Of a stretch of 64,000 nucleotides of DNA, positions 48,730 through 60,785 are shown piece by piece. Position 1 is the stretch's first letter. Each line of letters starts with the position of its first letter. A program made the position numbers and the translations under genes. This DNA is from Spirochaetia bacterium (GTDB taxonomy: Bacteria > Spirochaetota > Spirochaetia > UBA9216), in contig CAXXYH010000004.1 in NCBI GenBank assembly GCA_963677925.2, positions 1,120,001 to 1,184,000 on the forward strand. The letters are read 5' to 3'. Below the pieces are notes generated by a model. The model was not told where the DNA came from, searched no databases, and was given only the letters and a program-made list of their open reading frames with translations.

Positions 48730-49686
48730 ATGAGGATTAAAAATGTAGTATCACTATGCCTGCTTGCCGTGACTACGGTCTCAGCTTTCGGCACTGATGT
48801 ATTTTCATCGAAGGATTCGTTTCTGTTTGAATGCGGAACGGGAATGAACTATACATTTGATCAGAGTTCCGGTGAGTTTAATACCAATCCTGATTTTACT
48901 TTTTACTTTGGCAGGGTTGAACGGAATGGAGCCCCTTCGGAAGAAGCCGCCTTTCTCAACCAGATCGGATGGGCTGATATTCAGGCGCAGTTTTTTACCA
49001 ATCTCAAACAGACTTCAATCGATGGTACCGTCAACAGCCTGGACAATACAACAGTCGGTTTTGATCTTGATCTGCGGTGGGTCTATGACGGCTTTCCTTT
49101 AATTATTGAAATACCCCTGGAAGACAAGCGGATAAGGTGGAAAACAGATGAAACCACTGTAGCTGTCCTAAGGTATCATATCCTTGCTCTTAGGGCCGGG
49201 TATTATATCTTTCCGGAAACCGAAATTTCTCTTGGATGGGGATATCTGCAGCCTGATCTTTTTTACAAGACAGACTGGGATTCGACCATATATTCCTACC
49301 TTGCCGCCGACGTGGGTATAATCACAGCAAGGATGAAATCTGTAATGGATCTCTCAAACGGAATGTGGCTTTCGACAACCCCCGAAATTGCAGTTCTCTA
49401 TGATGATAACGGAAACCTCCTTTATAACTATGCAGCAGAACTTGCTTTTTATCCGGTAGACTCACTGCGTATAGGTTTGAATGCTTCCTCCTCCGACTTT
49501 GTTGAAGGGGATTCTTCGGTTAATCCATTTATTGAAGTTCTTGGTGCAAGCAGTCTTGCCGCCTCGGTGAAAACTGACCTCTTTGATATTTTTTCGCTTG
49601 AAGTTATGGGTTCTGTAAAGATTGCAGCGGATCCGGAATATGATCCGGTATTTGAAGCCGGGGGAGTAATTTCGGCAAGATACTGA
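48730..49686 (+). CDS. Secreted or outer-membrane beta-rich protein
   Basis: Signal peptide, alternating beta-strand pattern, C-terminal aromatic residue. Confidence 0.65.
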   Translation: MRIKNVVSLCLLAVTTVSAFGTDVFSSKDSFLFECGTGMNYTFDQSSGEFNTNPDFTFYFGRVERNGAPSEEAAFLNQIGWADIQAQFFTNLKQTSIDGTVNSLDNTTVGFDLDLRWVYDGFPLIIEIPLEDKRIRWKTDETTVAVLRYHILALRAGYYIFPETEISLGWGYLQPDLFYKTDWDSTIYSYLAADVGIITARMKSVMDLSNGMWLSTTPEIAVLYDDNGNLLYNYAAELAFYPVDSLRIGLNASSSDFVEGDSSVNPFIEVLGASSLAASVKTDLFDIFSLEVMGSVKIAADPEYDPVFEAGGVISARY

Positions 49687-49712
49687 GATATTTTTCTGGT
49701 ATACTTTTAGCC

Positions 49713-51062
49713 ATGAGAAAGAATGTTTTTGCCGGTTGTTTTGTCCTGGCCTGTGTAATAATTTTAAGCGCCTGCGCCGGCTTTCAGTGGCAGGTTTACA
49801 GCCTTCCTGTTGATGCAGATCTGAGTGTTTCTCCGGAGGCTGCTCCGCTTGATAACCCGCTTAAAGGTTTCATGCCTTATTACGACCAGGATTTTAACTT
49901 CCCCTGCAGCCTTGAGTGGTTTTATGTTCCAATGAATGCCATCATGGACGGGCCGTCAAGCTTTACATTTGACAGCGGAATAGAACCGCTTCTTGATGAT
50001 ATTGCAGGCCGGGGACATCAGGCGGTTTTCAGGGTTTATCTTGATTATCCTGATCTTGAAACCGGTATCCCTGCCTTTATTCTTTCTGATATTGCAACAA
50101 ATACCTACACTGATTACGGCGGAGGAATTTCTCCGGATTATGATGATGAAGATTTAATTGGACCTGTGGAGGATTTAATTGAGGAACTGGGCCGGGTATA
50201 TAACGGCGACCCGCGTATAGGGTTTATCACAATTGGAATTCTTGGTTTCTGGGGAGAATGGCACACCTATCCGCATGATGACTGGTTTGCTTCACGGGAT
50301 ACCCAGCTCAGGGTCATTACCGCCATGAATGACGCTTTTCCTGATACTGAGATCCTGCTGCGGTATCCAGGGCATAAGGCTGACGGCATATCAACCGGTT
50401 ACCACGATGACAGCTTTGCTTATGAAACACTCCCGGAGGAGGACTGGAGTTTTCTTCAGATAATGGCTGATTCAGGTGAGATTAATGCATGGAAAACAAA
50501 ACCAATCGGGGGCGAACTTTACCCTGATATTCAGGCTGATATATTTAACCTGCTGCCGCCGCTCAACTCAGAAAATTATACGAAATGTGTTGAACAGACA
50601 CATGCTTCCTGGCTTCTCAATTATGAAGTATTTGAAAGTTTCCCGTCCTGGAGTTCTGCAAAGCAGGAGAGGGCGGAGAATGGTGCGGCTAAGCTCGGAT
50701 ATACAATATCAGTCAAGCATATACAGATAGGTAACTCAGGCACGGGGCTGTCGGTTGCCTGCAGATTTATAAACACAGGTGTCGCTCCGTTTTACTACCG
50801 GTGGCCGGTTACAATTAAGGTTTTAGATGCTGCCGGAAATACAGTTGCAGAAAAAAACGCTGACTGGGATATAACAACAATCCTGCCCGGGGATTCAGGT
50901 TATGATTTTTCTGCTGAAATAGAATGGGATATTCCTGCTTCCGGAGAATATACTCTGGGAATCTCCGTGGATAACCCGATGGAAGGCGGAAAGCCCCTTG
51001 TTTTTGCGAATGATGAGTCTACAAGGGACGGTAAAACACTGATGATAGATTTTACACTTTAA
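49713..51062 (+). CDS. Glycoside-hydrolase-like lipoprotein (DUF4832-type)
   Basis: LSAC lipobox, [28 protein letters not shown]. Confidence 0.75.
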   Translation: MRKNVFAGCFVLACVIILSACAGFQWQVYSLPVDADLSVSPEAAPLDNPLKGFMPYYDQDFNFPCSLEWFYVPMNAIMDGPSSFTFDSGIEPLLDDIAGRGHQAVFRVYLDYPDLETGIPAFILSDIATNTYTDYGGGISPDYDDEDLIGPVEDLIEELGRVYNGDPRIGFITIGILGFWGEWHTYPHDDWFASRDTQLRVITAMNDAFPDTEILLRYPGHKADGISTGYHDDSFAYETLPEEDWSFLQIMADSGEINAWKTKPIGGELYPDIQADIFNLLPPLNSENYTKCVEQTHASWLLNYEVFESFPSWSSAKQERAENGAAKLGYTISVKHIQIGNSGTGLSVACRFINTGVAPFYYRWPVTIKVLDAAGNTVAEKNADWDITTILPGDSGYDFSAEIEWDIPASGEYTLGISVDNPMEGGKPLVFANDESTRDGKTLMIDFTL

Positions 51063-53136
51063 AGCGTCCGATTACATCTTCCATTTCGCTGATGTTTCTG
51101 TTCATTTCATCCGAAAGTGTTGATACTTCCTGCGATGACTGATTTATCTGCTGGGTCCCGGTAGCCATTTCATCCATACTGCCAAGCACTGTCGATGAAG
51201 TCTGCTTAAGATCCTGCATTGCACTGAGTGCTTCTCCGGCACTGCTGTTTACTCTTCCGGCCATGGTTTTAACTTCCTCGCCGATATCATTTATCTCGGT
51301 CAGAGCAATAAGGACCTGCTTTGAGCCTTCCCGCTGTTCGGCCATCGCTCTCTCAATCTGCTTTACAAGAATATCTGTCGTGTCTATTTCTGAGGTTATT
51401 GAAGCAAAGACTGTCTCCGACTCTCTGGAGGTTTCAACAACTTCGGCAATAGTTTCTGATATCTTGCTAAGCTCCGCCCCGATGCTTCTGGACTGTTCCG
51501 CAGAGGTTTCAGAGAGTCTTCTTATCTCATCTGCAACAACAGAGAATCCCTTTCCCGCCTCGCCGGCATGCGCAGCTTCAATTGCTGCATTCATTGCCAG
51601 CAGGTTCGTCTGTGAGGCTATTCCGGCAATAACTTCATTTGCTTCCATCAGCAGCTCGGACTGACTGGCAATCTCACGGACGCTTGAATCGACTGCGGAT
51701 TGTTTTACCTTGCCGATTGATGCTTCTTCTGTCAGCTTGCTGAACTTTGCAGCCATCTTCTCGACTGTATCGGTAACTGAGGCGATATTGCTCACCATCT
51801 GCTCAACGGCTGCGGATGATTCCACACTGCCGGAAACCTGACTGTCGATCATTGATTCAAGGCTGCTGATACTGTTTGCCATCTCACTGACAGCCTCCGA
51901 AGCTGAATTGGTGCTCTCTGCCTGGTGAGAGGACTGTCTTCTTACTCCTTCAATATTTGCAAGAATCTCACTGATTGCACTTGCGGTGTCATAGGAGCTG
52001 TTAGCAAGCCTTTCTCCTATACCTCCAAGCGCCTCCTGTGTCTGTTTGAGTGAGCTGACAATTTTATGGAGATTTTCAACAAAATGGTTGAAGCCGCCCG
52101 CAAGTCTGCCGATTTCATCCTTGCGGTCAATTTCAATTCTCTTTGTAAGATCTCCTTCCCCGCTGGCAATGCCCTTAATAGTCTCGGCGATGGTTTGCAC
52201 CGGTTTAGCAAATGCTGTTCCGACAAGAACAGAGATAAGTATGCCGGCGATTACCATAGTAAGTGATATTCCAATAAAAATATTCTTTAATCCGTCAACC
52301 GGAGCAAAAGCAACATCCTGGGGTGACCCTATTGATACACTCCAGTTATATTTCGGGATGGGGGAATATGCAGAAATTATAGAGATGCCGCTCATTTTAA
52401 TGGTCAGGATCCCCCGTTCTCCGGCTGTCATCTTTTCAGCCAGCTGGGACAGGGGCTGCATTGTGCTGTTTTCATCCGCTAGTTCAAAAATTGATTTCTG
52501 CAGCTGAACCATCTCCATGTCAGTACTGGCAATGGGTATTCCTTCCTCTGTAAGTACCATGTTGAGAGTCTCGTCGCCGTAGAAGATCGTATTTATTTTT
52601 TCACTGAGATATTCAGCGTTGCGCTGTCCTATAAGTGCTCCGAACAGTTTTCCGTCCTTATAGATTGGCGCTGCAAACAGAACGGTCAGAAGATCTTCTT
52701 CGCCCTTTACAGCACTGAATACCGGATTTGAAACAACTGATTTTCCGGTACTGAACAGTTTCTGAAGATAGGCACGATTGGAAATATCAATTACCGGACC
52801 TCCGGAAACATGGAGTTTTCCGAAAATATCTGCTGCCGACATTGAGTTGAAACCTAATCGTTCTGCCTCCTGAAGCAGTTTCTGTTCAATCTCAGGACTG
52901 AAGTCAAAATCAAAATTTGCGGCTACAACTTCAAGCTGCCCAAGCTGAAGGTCTACCCATGATTCATAGGTTTGTGCCATAAGGTCGGCTTCCCGCTGAA
53001 GGGTATTGCTTACTTCACTTTCCAGAATACGAATTGAACCGATATAAGCTGCTGTGCTCATTATCAGGCTTATGACTACCGCCATGCCTGCATACGAAAA
53101 TATGTGTTTATTTTTAACAGATGATGATAAAAACAT
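51052..53136 (-). CDS. Methyl-accepting chemotaxis protein (Cache, HAMP, MCP signal)
   Basis: [33 protein letters not shown]. Confidence 0.97.
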   Translation of the reverse strand: MFLSSSVKNKHIFSYAGMAVVISLIMSTAAYIGSIRILESEVSNTLQREADLMAQTYESWVDLQLGQLEVVAANFDFDFSPEIEQKLLQEAERLGFNSMSAADIFGKLHVSGGPVIDISNRAYLQKLFSTGKSVVSNPVFSAVKGEEDLLTVLFAAPIYKDGKLFGALIGQRNAEYLSEKINTIFYGDETLNMVLTEEGIPIASTDMEMVQLQKSIFELADENSTMQPLSQLAEKMTAGERGILTIKMSGISIISAYSPIPKYNWSVSIGSPQDVAFAPVDGLKNIFIGISLTMVIAGILISVLVGTAFAKPVQTIAETIKGIASGEGDLTKRIEIDRKDEIGRLAGGFNHFVENLHKIVSSLKQTQEALGGIGERLANSSYDTASAISEILANIEGVRRQSSHQAESTNSASEAVSEMANSISSLESMIDSQVSGSVESSAAVEQMVSNIASVTDTVEKMAAKFSKLTEEASIGKVKQSAVDSSVREIASQSELLMEANEVIAGIASQTNLLAMNAAIEAAHAGEAGKGFSVVADEIRRLSETSAEQSRSIGAELSKISETIAEVVETSRESETVFASITSEIDTTDILVKQIERAMAEQREGSKQVLIALTEINDIGEEVKTMAGRVNSSAGEALSAMQDLKQTSSTVLGSMDEMATGTQQINQSSQEVSTLSDEMNRNISEMEDVIGRFKV

Positions 53137-53212
53137 CTTTTCTCCTATTTATTCCTTTCTAATTAAATCTTAGTAAAGGCCCAGGAGAATAGCAAATTCC
53201 AGAATTGGAAAA

Positions 53213-55453
53213 TTATTTTCTATGTTTTATTTTCCAGCTTCTGTGGATGCGGTAATTCCTTTTAAAATCCGGATCTATGGTCTGTTCCGAGATCTCTTTT
53301 ATGTCCAAATCGGAGGAAAGCTCCTCATCCATTTGAAATTTTCGATAATTATTGCAGAAGATCAGGGTTCCGTCAGAACTGAGCCGTGATGCAGTCAGCC
53401 GTATAAGATTTACGTGATCTCTTTGAATGTCGAATATATCATCCCTGTCCTTGGAGTTGGAGAAAGTTGGAGGATCCAGAAATATTAAATCATACTCTCC
53501 TATACTCGATTCAAGCCATTTCATACAGTCTTCCCGCACAAAACTGTGATTTCCTGAATCAAATTTGTTGAGTTTCATGTTCTCTTCCGCCCAGTCCAGA
53601 TATGTCCTTGAGGTGTCTACTGATGTTGTTGCGTAAGCTCCGCCTGCAGCTGCATACACAGAAGCTGTCCCTGTATAGCAGAAAAGATTCAGAAAGGTTT
53701 TACCATCGGCCAGTTCTCTGATACGCATACGGAGAGGCCGGCTGTCCAGGAAAATACCGGTATCAAGGTAGTTGTTCAGATCTATTAGAAACTTTAGTCC
53801 ATGTTCCTTTATAATGAGTTTTTGACTGCCGTATCGATTTTCATCTTTTTTGGTGTACTGGCTTGAGCCCTTCTGTCTTTTTCGCTGTTTCAGAATAACT
53901 GATTTCTCGGGCAGTTCAAGGTAGGCTGATACTGCGGAAAGCGCCTCACGCAGACGTCCGGCAGCTGCCACAGGATCGATTGTTTTCGGAGGTGCATATT
54001 CCTGAACAACAGCATTCGGCGGATATATATCAACCGCTACCGAATATTCGGGCATATCAGCGTCATACAGCCGGTAGCATTCAAGTCCTGTGTTCTTAAG
54101 CCACTTTTTCAGGTTCTTTGAGTTCTTTTTCAGCCGGTTGTACAGCATCTGTGCTCCGGGACTGAGCTCTTCAAATGAAGGCCAGGCAGTCTTTTTGGTG
54201 TTATTTTCCGGCTTTTTTGAGGCTGATTCAGCACCATCGGCAATCTGTGTGTCTTCCTGCTTTTCGTAAATCCTGAAATGCGAAAGAGAGCATCGGATTC
54301 CGCCGTTATACACAGTATTGATTTTATCAGCCTTTAGGCCGGTGGCTTCTGAAAGCTGTCTGTCTCCTGTCAGGATTGAAATGTTCCAGCCGGGAAAGCT
54401 GTTTTTAATATGTTCGCCAAGCCGTCCGTAGAACATCAGCATGTTCTGGTCTTTGCCCAGTCTTTCGCCATACGGCGGGTTTACCGCAAGAAGTCCGGGA
54501 TGCAGTATTACCGGTTTATCATCCTTGAAAAAATCTGCCTTTGATATGTCAAAATATCCGTCATTCCAGAGATCCGCAGCAGGGCTTGCCTTTATATTGT
54601 TGATTGCAGTCCGTACCGCAAAGCCCTCACTGTCCCTGCCGTAAAAAAGAGGAGTGCTGCATTTGCGAACAAATTCAAGTCCCTCGGCTCTTCGTTTCTG
54701 AGCAGCTGCTTTAATCTTTTCCCAGAGCGGGGCCTGGAAATTTTTAAGTTTCATGAATCCGAAGTATTTCCGGTCAATTGCCGGCGCCATGTCCGCCGCT
54801 ATCATCGCAGCTTCAATAAGCAGGGTTCCCGAGCCGCACATGGGATCAAGAAAGGGGCGGCATGATTCTTCTGCAGTGAAGGTGTTCCATCCTGCACGCA
54901 TAAGTACTGCGGCGGCTGTATTTTCACGTACAGCAGCCTTTGCGGCGCTGAGCCGGTAGCCGCGTCTGTGCAGCGGTTCGCCTGAAAGGTCTATGCTCAC
55001 TGATGCCTGCTTCAGTCTTATATGAAGGTGGAGGCGGGCATCCGGATTTTTTGTATCAACTGCGGGCCTGGTCCCTGTAAGGTTTCTTGCCCTGTCAACT
55101 ATTCCGTCTTTTACAAGCAGGGCGGAGTAATCGGGTGTACAGATTTTTGATTTTGATATTGTAGATGTAACGGCAATACTTGAAGTGAGATTAAAAAAAT
55201 CCTCCCATGCAAACTCTTCAACAGCCTTTTTAATGTCTTCAGGAGCAATCGCTTCAAAATCAAGAACAGGAAGCAGAAGCCGGTTGGCAGTCCGAGACCA
55301 CAGGCATATGCTGTATGCACTTTCAAGGCTTCCCTGAAACTCTACACCGCCGTGTACGACCTTTGGCTCTTTGCCGCCGAAGGTCAGAACTTCTTCTTTG
55401 AGCAGTTCCTCCAGGTAAACCGGGCAGGTTGCAAATAATCTGTGTTCACTCAT
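53213..55453 (-). CDS. rlmKL: Bifunctional 23S rRNA methyltransferase RlmKL
   Basis: THUMP domain, LHRRGYR, DPMCGSGT, NPPYGER, DTGIFLD, DPPTFSNSK. Confidence 0.95.
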   Translation of the reverse strand: MSEHRLFATCPVYLEELLKEEVLTFGGKEPKVVHGGVEFQGSLESAYSICLWSRTANRLLLPVLDFEAIAPEDIKKAVEEFAWEDFFNLTSSIAVTSTISKSKICTPDYSALLVKDGIVDRARNLTGTRPAVDTKNPDARLHLHIRLKQASVSIDLSGEPLHRRGYRLSAAKAAVRENTAAAVLMRAGWNTFTAEESCRPFLDPMCGSGTLLIEAAMIAADMAPAIDRKYFGFMKLKNFQAPLWEKIKAAAQKRRAEGLEFVRKCSTPLFYGRDSEGFAVRTAINNIKASPAADLWNDGYFDISKADFFKDDKPVILHPGLLAVNPPYGERLGKDQNMLMFYGRLGEHIKNSFPGWNISILTGDRQLSEATGLKADKINTVYNGGIRCSLSHFRIYEKQEDTQIADGAESASKKPENNTKKTAWPSFEELSPGAQMLYNRLKKNSKNLKKWLKNTGLECYRLYDADMPEYSVAVDIYPPNAVVQEYAPPKTIDPVAAAGRLREALSAVSAYLELPEKSVILKQRKRQKGSSQYTKKDENRYGSQKLIIKEHGLKFLIDLNNYLDTGIFLDSRPLRMRIRELADGKTFLNLFCYTGTASVYAAAGGAYATTSVDTSRTYLDWAEENMKLNKFDSGNHSFVREDCMKWLESSIGEYDLIFLDPPTFSNSKDRDDIFDIQRDHVNLIRLTASRLSSDGTLIFCNNYRKFQMDEELSSDLDIKEISEQTIDPDFKRNYRIHRSWKIKHRK

Positions 55454-56061
55454 ACAAGATTTGTCTTTATAAAGGCAGTAAGTACTTCAAGTGCTGTCTG
55501 GTTATATCCGCCTTCGGGGATTATGAGGTCCGCAAAGGTTTTTGTCGGTTCGATGAACTCTATATGTCCCGGACGGACCACTTCCATGTACTGGGTGATT
55601 ACTGATTCCATTGTACGGCCGCGTTCTTCTATGTCGCGCTTCATTCTGCGTATAAATCGGATGTCGCTCGGGGTATCAACAAAAAGCTTCAGATCGATAA
55701 GGTCCCGGACTTTTCTGTCGGAATAGATCATGATTCCTTCAAAAATAATTACTTTCCGCGGTTCAACCCTTACTGTTTCATCGGCTCTGCGGTGATGAAC
55801 AAAGTCATACTGGGGCATGTCCACGGCCTTGCCCTTTTTCAGATCTTTTAACTGGCTTATCAGCAGATCGTTGTCAAAGGCGTCGGGGTGGTCGAAATTG
55901 AAGGCTGTAATATTCTGGTTGTTGATATATTCAGCCGATTTATAATAATTATCCTGAGGTATAAAAACAAAATCCGGTACAATTTTCTCAATCTGTTTAA
56001 CGATTGTAGTCTTTCCGGAGCCTGAGCCTCCGCATATTCCAATAAGGTAAACTTTGTCCAT
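55450..56061 (-). CDS. udk: Uridine kinase
   Basis: GGSGSGKTT, QDNYY, NFDHPDAFD, RDIEERGR. Confidence 0.96.
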   Translation of the reverse strand: MDKVYLIGICGGSGSGKTTIVKQIEKIVPDFVFIPQDNYYKSAEYINNQNITAFNFDHPDAFDNDLLISQLKDLKKGKAVDMPQYDFVHHRRADETVRVEPRKVIIFEGIMIYSDRKVRDLIDLKLFVDTPSDIRFIRRMKRDIEERGRTMESVITQYMEVVRPGHIEFIEPTKTFADLIIPEGGYNQTALEVLTAFIKTNLV

Positions 56062-56199
56062 ATATGAAATATAGAATAATTAACATCCGGTTGTCGAGGG
56101 GAGAACTCATATATAGTCAATTTCATTTCGTTGTTGATTTTTTTTCACACTGAGCTTAATATAATCCTGACCGTTTAGTCGGATTAATCAATAAACTAT

Positions 56200-56847
56200 A
56201 TGAAATCTACTTTCGAAAGGCTCCCCCGGGAGAAAAAACAGCGTATCATAAACGCCTGTGTGAACGAGTTCGGCAGTTATTCCTACGAGAAAAGTTCTAC
56301 CGACAGAATCATTAAAAAGGCGGGCATCTCAAAGGGCGGCCTTTACGAGTATACCTCCAGCAAGGAAGAGCTTTTTCTTTACATCGTTAAATACGGTTAT
56401 GAGAGAATTTCAGCCCACCTTGCCTGGGAAGCCAGACATGAAGGAAAGGAACTTCCGGCGTCGCTGATTGACCGTATGTTTCTATATGCCAGCCTTGCCA
56501 TAGATTTCTATATCAGTAATCCCAAGTATGTATCGCTGATCGTAAATACCCATAAGATCAGCGACCGGAAGCTTGAGAAAAAGGTTCTCGAAATAGGCAG
56601 TACCCACTTCAGCCGGCTTTTCGACGACTGCGACTTTTCTTCGATAAATATACCGAAGAGACGGGCGATGGATTTAGTATCATGGTTCATTATGAAAACA
56701 AGGTATGATTTTATATCCGAAATCGAAACCGAAACGGATATCGAGAAGATAAAGGAAGATTACCTTAATGACTGGACCTACGTTGTTAGAATACTGCGTT
56801 ACGGAATAACCGGAATGACAGAAGGAGTAAGATATGATTTGGAATGA
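56200..56847 (+). CDS. TetR-family regulator
   Basis: [18 protein letters not shown]. Confidence 0.9.
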   Translation: MKSTFERLPREKKQRIINACVNEFGSYSYEKSSTDRIIKKAGISKGGLYEYTSSKEELFLYIVKYGYERISAHLAWEARHEGKELPASLIDRMFLYASLAIDFYISNPKYVSLIVNTHKISDRKLEKKVLEIGSTHFSRLFDDCDFSSINIPKRRAMDLVSWFIMKTRYDFISEIETETDIEKIKEDYLNDWTYVVRILRYGITGMTEGVRYDLE

Positions 56848-58135
56848 AAAAATGGAGACTATGCCCCAGGCTGAGCTTGAAAAAGTACAGACTGAAAGTC
56901 TCGCAAAACTTGCAGAGAACCTTTACGCAAAGGTTCCTTTCTATAAAAAGAAATTTGATGAACTTGGTGTTAAACCTTCTGACATCCAGGATATTAAGGA
57001 TATTTCAAAACTTCCTTTTACTACTAAGGATGAAATGCGTGAGACATACCCCTATGGGCTTCTTGCCGTAGATGAATCAGAAATTGTTGAGATACATCAG
57101 TCCTCCGGAACCACAGGAACTCCCGTTGTTGATGCCTACACACAGAAGGATATTGATATCTGGGGTGAATGCATGGCCCGCTGTCTTACCATGGCCGGTG
57201 CCGGAAAGAATGATGTAATTCAGAATGCCTACGGATACGGTCTTTTTACCGGCGGTCTCGGTGTGCACTACGGAGCAAGAACAATTGGTGCTAATGTTAT
57301 TCCCATCTCAGGCGGTAATACCGGACGGCAGCTTACCGTAATGAAAGACTTCGGAACGACCTTTCTTACCTGTACTCCGTCCTACTCGCTGTATATTGCC
57401 GAGTTTGCTGCAGAGAACGGCTTTTCAATGAAGGACATGAAGGTTAAGGCCGGATGTTTCGGAGCCGAGCCCTGGACTGAGGAAATGAGAAAGGAAATGG
57501 AGGCTCAGCTTCACCTGGATGCCTTTGATATCTACGGACTTACTGAAATTATCGGCCCGGGTGTTGCAAATGAATGCGAATGCAAGGACGGTCTCCACGT
57601 AAATGAAGACCTCTTTTATCCTGAAATTATCGATCCGGTAAGCGGAGAGGTTCTTCCCGACGGTGAGAAGGGTGAACTGGTTTTTACAACCCTTACAAAG
57701 CAGGGTACTCCCATTCTCCGTTACCGAACACGCGACATCACCTACCTTAGCAGAGGGAAATGTGCCTGCGGCAGAACATCGGTAAAAATGCATAGACTTA
57801 TGGGCAGGACCGATGATATGCTGATTATCAGGGGTGTGAATGTGTTCCCGACCCAGATCGAGGAAATCCTTGTTCAGATGGAGGAAACACAGCCGCATTA
57901 CCAGATAGTTGTTGACCGGGGACAGAAGCATCTTGATGAAGTTGAAGTCTGGGTGGAAGTGAAGGAACAGTTCTTCTCGGATGAAACCAAAAATATGGAA
58001 AGTCTTCGTTCAAAGATCAAGGGAGAGATGAAGAACAGGCTTGGGGTGAATGCGACAATCAAACTTGTTGAACCAAAGACTATTGAAAGAAGCATCGGTA
58101 AAGCCAAAAGAGTCATCGACAAGAGAAATCTATAG
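56834..58135 (+). CDS. paaK: Phenylacetate--CoA ligase family protein
   Basis: [42 protein letters not shown]. Confidence 0.92.
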   Translation: MIWNEKMETMPQAELEKVQTESLAKLAENLYAKVPFYKKKFDELGVKPSDIQDIKDISKLPFTTKDEMRETYPYGLLAVDESEIVEIHQSSGTTGTPVVDAYTQKDIDIWGECMARCLTMAGAGKNDVIQNAYGYGLFTGGLGVHYGARTIGANVIPISGGNTGRQLTVMKDFGTTFLTCTPSYSLYIAEFAAENGFSMKDMKVKAGCFGAEPWTEEMRKEMEAQLHLDAFDIYGLTEIIGPGVANECECKDGLHVNEDLFYPEIIDPVSGEVLPDGEKGELVFTTLTKQGTPILRYRTRDITYLSRGKCACGRTSVKMHRLMGRTDDMLIIRGVNVFPTQIEEILVQMEETQPHYQIVVDRGQKHLDEVEVWVEVKEQFFSDETKNMESLRSKIKGEMKNRLGVNATIKLVEPKTIERSIGKAKRVIDKRNL

Positions 58136-58158
58136 GACAGCATATTTTAGGAGGCATT

Positions 58159-58575
58159 ATGGCTTTAAAGCAGATATCAGTTTTTCTTGAAAATAAATCA
58201 GGCCGTCTGGCCGAGGTATCCGGATTACTCGGAGAAGCGGGATTCAATCTTCGTGCAATAAGTATAGCCGACACCGCTGATTTCGGAATTCTCAGGATAA
58301 TTATAGACAAACCGGATGAAACCCTGGCTCTTCTTGAAAAGAACGGTTTCACAGCCAAGGAAAACCTTGTTTTAGGGGTTGAGGTCGGCGACACTCCGGG
58401 CGGACTTGCCCATGTTATGAAGATTTTCGATGAAAACGGGGTAAACATCGAGTACCTTTATTCATCACTTGAGAGTAATTCGGACAAGGCTGTGATTATC
58501 TTCAAGGTTGAGGATGTACAGCATGGTATTAAAATTCTTGAAAAATACAATGTAAGCAGGATTTCCCGGTTTTAA
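58159..58575 (+). CDS. ACT-domain protein
   Basis: QISVFLENKSGRL, DTADFGILR, NIEYLY; typical paaK neighbour. Confidence 0.92.
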   Translation: MALKQISVFLENKSGRLAEVSGLLGEAGFNLRAISIADTADFGILRIIIDKPDETLALLEKNGFTAKENLVLGVEVGDTPGGLAHVMKIFDENGVNIEYLYSSLESNSDKAVIIFKVEDVQHGIKILEKYNVSRISRF

Positions 58576-58576
58576 A

Positions 58577-59275
58577 ATGAAGCCGGGACTGCTTTTACTT
58601 TTAGTTTCCTTTCTTTTGCTGAGCTCCTGTTCGCTTGCGCCTGATTATTCCGATTCGGACCTTGCGGCAGGAGTTTCTGTTTCCGAACTCTCAGATTATT
58701 ACCTCATTGAACCTGACAGCGGTGCCGTTGATTCAAAGCTTCTCATCTTCTATCCCGGCGGACTTGTCGACGAGACTGCCTATCTGCCTGTTCTGACTAT
58801 GATTGCTGCTGAAGGTATAAGCATTGTACTTGTGAAGATGCCCTTCGACCTGGCTGTCTTTAAGCAGAATGCTGCCCTTGATGTTATAGAAGATTTTCCC
58901 GGAAGGGATTACTGGATAGCCGGACATTCACTTGGCGGTGCAATGGCTTCGGGGGTGGTTTTCCGCAATCCAGAGCTGTTCACAGGTATTGCCTTCTGGG
59001 CTTCCTACCCGTCAGCTGACTGGGACTTAAGCGGTAATACAGTTATTGATGTTCTTTCACTCCGGGGCAGCCTTGATGGTGTTGCTGCTCCGGAAGAAAT
59101 TGAAGATGCCGACTATCTTCTTCCCGAAGGATTTACTACTATAGTTATAGAAGGCGGAAATCACTCCGGCTTCGGTTCATACGGTCCGCAGAACGGCGAC
59201 AATGTGGCCTCTATAACAAAGGAAGAGCAGCACCTGCAGATTACTGAAGCTATGATTACTTTTCTTGGAGAATAA
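58577..59275 (+). CDS. Alpha/beta hydrolase lipoprotein
   Basis: LSSC lipobox, FYPGG, GHSLGG, GGNH. Confidence 0.9.
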   Translation: MKPGLLLLLVSFLLLSSCSLAPDYSDSDLAAGVSVSELSDYYLIEPDSGAVDSKLLIFYPGGLVDETAYLPVLTMIAAEGISIVLVKMPFDLAVFKQNAALDVIEDFPGRDYWIAGHSLGGAMASGVVFRNPELFTGIAFWASYPSADWDLSGNTVIDVLSLRGSLDGVAAPEEIEDADYLLPEGFTTIVIEGGNHSGFGSYGPQNGDNVASITKEEQHLQITEAMITFLGE

Positions 59276-60638
59276 AATGAATATTGAAAAAATAATGCAC
59301 AATGACGCCAGAGAAATCTTTATGGCGGGGCTTGATGTTGTAGATCCGGAAAAGCTGATCCATGACAGAATGAAACTTGAAGACGGTATTCTGAAGATTA
59401 CTGCTGACGGCAGGGAACTGAGCATTAATCTTGATGATTATTCCAGACTGCTGCTGCTTGGTGTGGGGAAGGCTTCGGCAAGAATGGCTCTTGCAGCGGA
59501 GGCGGTGCTCGGATGCCGGATAAGCGGCGGGCTGATTGTTGTAAAATACGGTCATACTGAAGAACTGAAATATGTGAGGCTTATTGAGTCCGGTCATCCG
59601 GTTCCCGATGAGAACAGTATTCAGGCTGCTGATGAGATAATAAAGCTCTGCTCCGATGCTGATGAAAATACCCTCATAATCAATCTTATATCCGGCGGAG
59701 GTTCAGCCCTGCTGTGCAAACCGTATAAGGATGAGGAATTCGCACTCAGCCTTGCTGAAAAGCAGGAAGTCACAAAGCAGCTTCTTGCCTGCGGAGCCGA
59801 GATCCAGGAGATTAACTGCTTCAGAAAGCACCTGTCCGGGGTTAAGGGCGGAAGACTTGCCGCTCTTATGTATCCTGCAAGATCTGTTAATCTGATCCTC
59901 TCCGATGTTGTCGGTGATGACCTGAGTTCAATAGCATCCGGAATGACGGCTCCGGATAATACTGCATATGATGATGTTTTTGATCTCATAAAAAAATATG
60001 ATCTTGAAGACGATCTTCCGAAGTCGGTTATCCGTTTTCTGCTGTCCGGACAGGCCGGGAACACTCCGGATACTCCAAAAGCCGGAGATGAGGTTTTCAG
60101 CAAAACCGATAATGTGCTTGTGGGTTCGAATTATCTTGCACTTAAAGCCGCATATAATAAGGCGGAGGAGCTGGGATACAATACTACAATCCTCTCTTCG
60201 AGGATTACCGGTGAAGCCCGGGAGGCCGCAAAATTCTACTTCGGAATAGCCTCTGATCTCACTGCTCATGATAATATCAGCGGTCTGCCTGCCTGCATTA
60301 TTGCCGGAGGTGAAACAACCGTAATTCTCCACGGAACAGGTCTCGGAGGACGCAATCAGGAGATGGCCCTTGCTTTTATGACAGAACTGAAGCAGAAACC
60401 CGAGCTGTGGAACAGGATTGCCTTTCTCTCCGGAGCAACTGACGGAAATGACGGTCCTACTGATGCGGCAGGCGGTCTTGTCTGCAGTGATATCCTTCAT
60501 AATGCTGAGCAGGTTGATCTTCTTTCCTTTTTGAAAGACAACGACAGCTACCATGCACTTGAACTTACGAATTCACTGCTTAAAACCGGTCCTACAAATA
60601 CAAACGTCTGTGATATTCAGGTTATTCTAGTAATCTAA
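59265..60638 (+). CDS. Glycerate 2-kinase (MOFRL/TtuD type)
   Basis: GHPVPD, ISGGGSAL, GGETTV, GGRNQE, TGPTNTNVCD. Confidence 0.93.
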   Translation: MENKMNIEKIMHNDAREIFMAGLDVVDPEKLIHDRMKLEDGILKITADGRELSINLDDYSRLLLLGVGKASARMALAAEAVLGCRISGGLIVVKYGHTEELKYVRLIESGHPVPDENSIQAADEIIKLCSDADENTLIINLISGGGSALLCKPYKDEEFALSLAEKQEVTKQLLACGAEIQEINCFRKHLSGVKGGRLAALMYPARSVNLILSDVVGDDLSSIASGMTAPDNTAYDDVFDLIKKYDLEDDLPKSVIRFLLSGQAGNTPDTPKAGDEVFSKTDNVLVGSNYLALKAAYNKAEELGYNTTILSSRITGEAREAAKFYFGIASDLTAHDNISGLPACIIAGGETTVILHGTGLGGRNQEMALAFMTELKQKPELWNRIAFLSGATDGNDGPTDAAGGLVCSDILHNAEQVDLLSFLKDNDSYHALELTNSLLKTGPTNTNVCDIQVILVI

Positions 60639-60785
60639 GTTACTCCTAATAAAATTAATCTTTAGCTTTACAGATATGATCTCCTGTTGTAAACTGTATA
60701 TATAAATCAATATATATCGATATAACATTATTAAAACACTAATATATGAGTGATTCTAATAAACTTATATCAGCAGGAGGCAGAA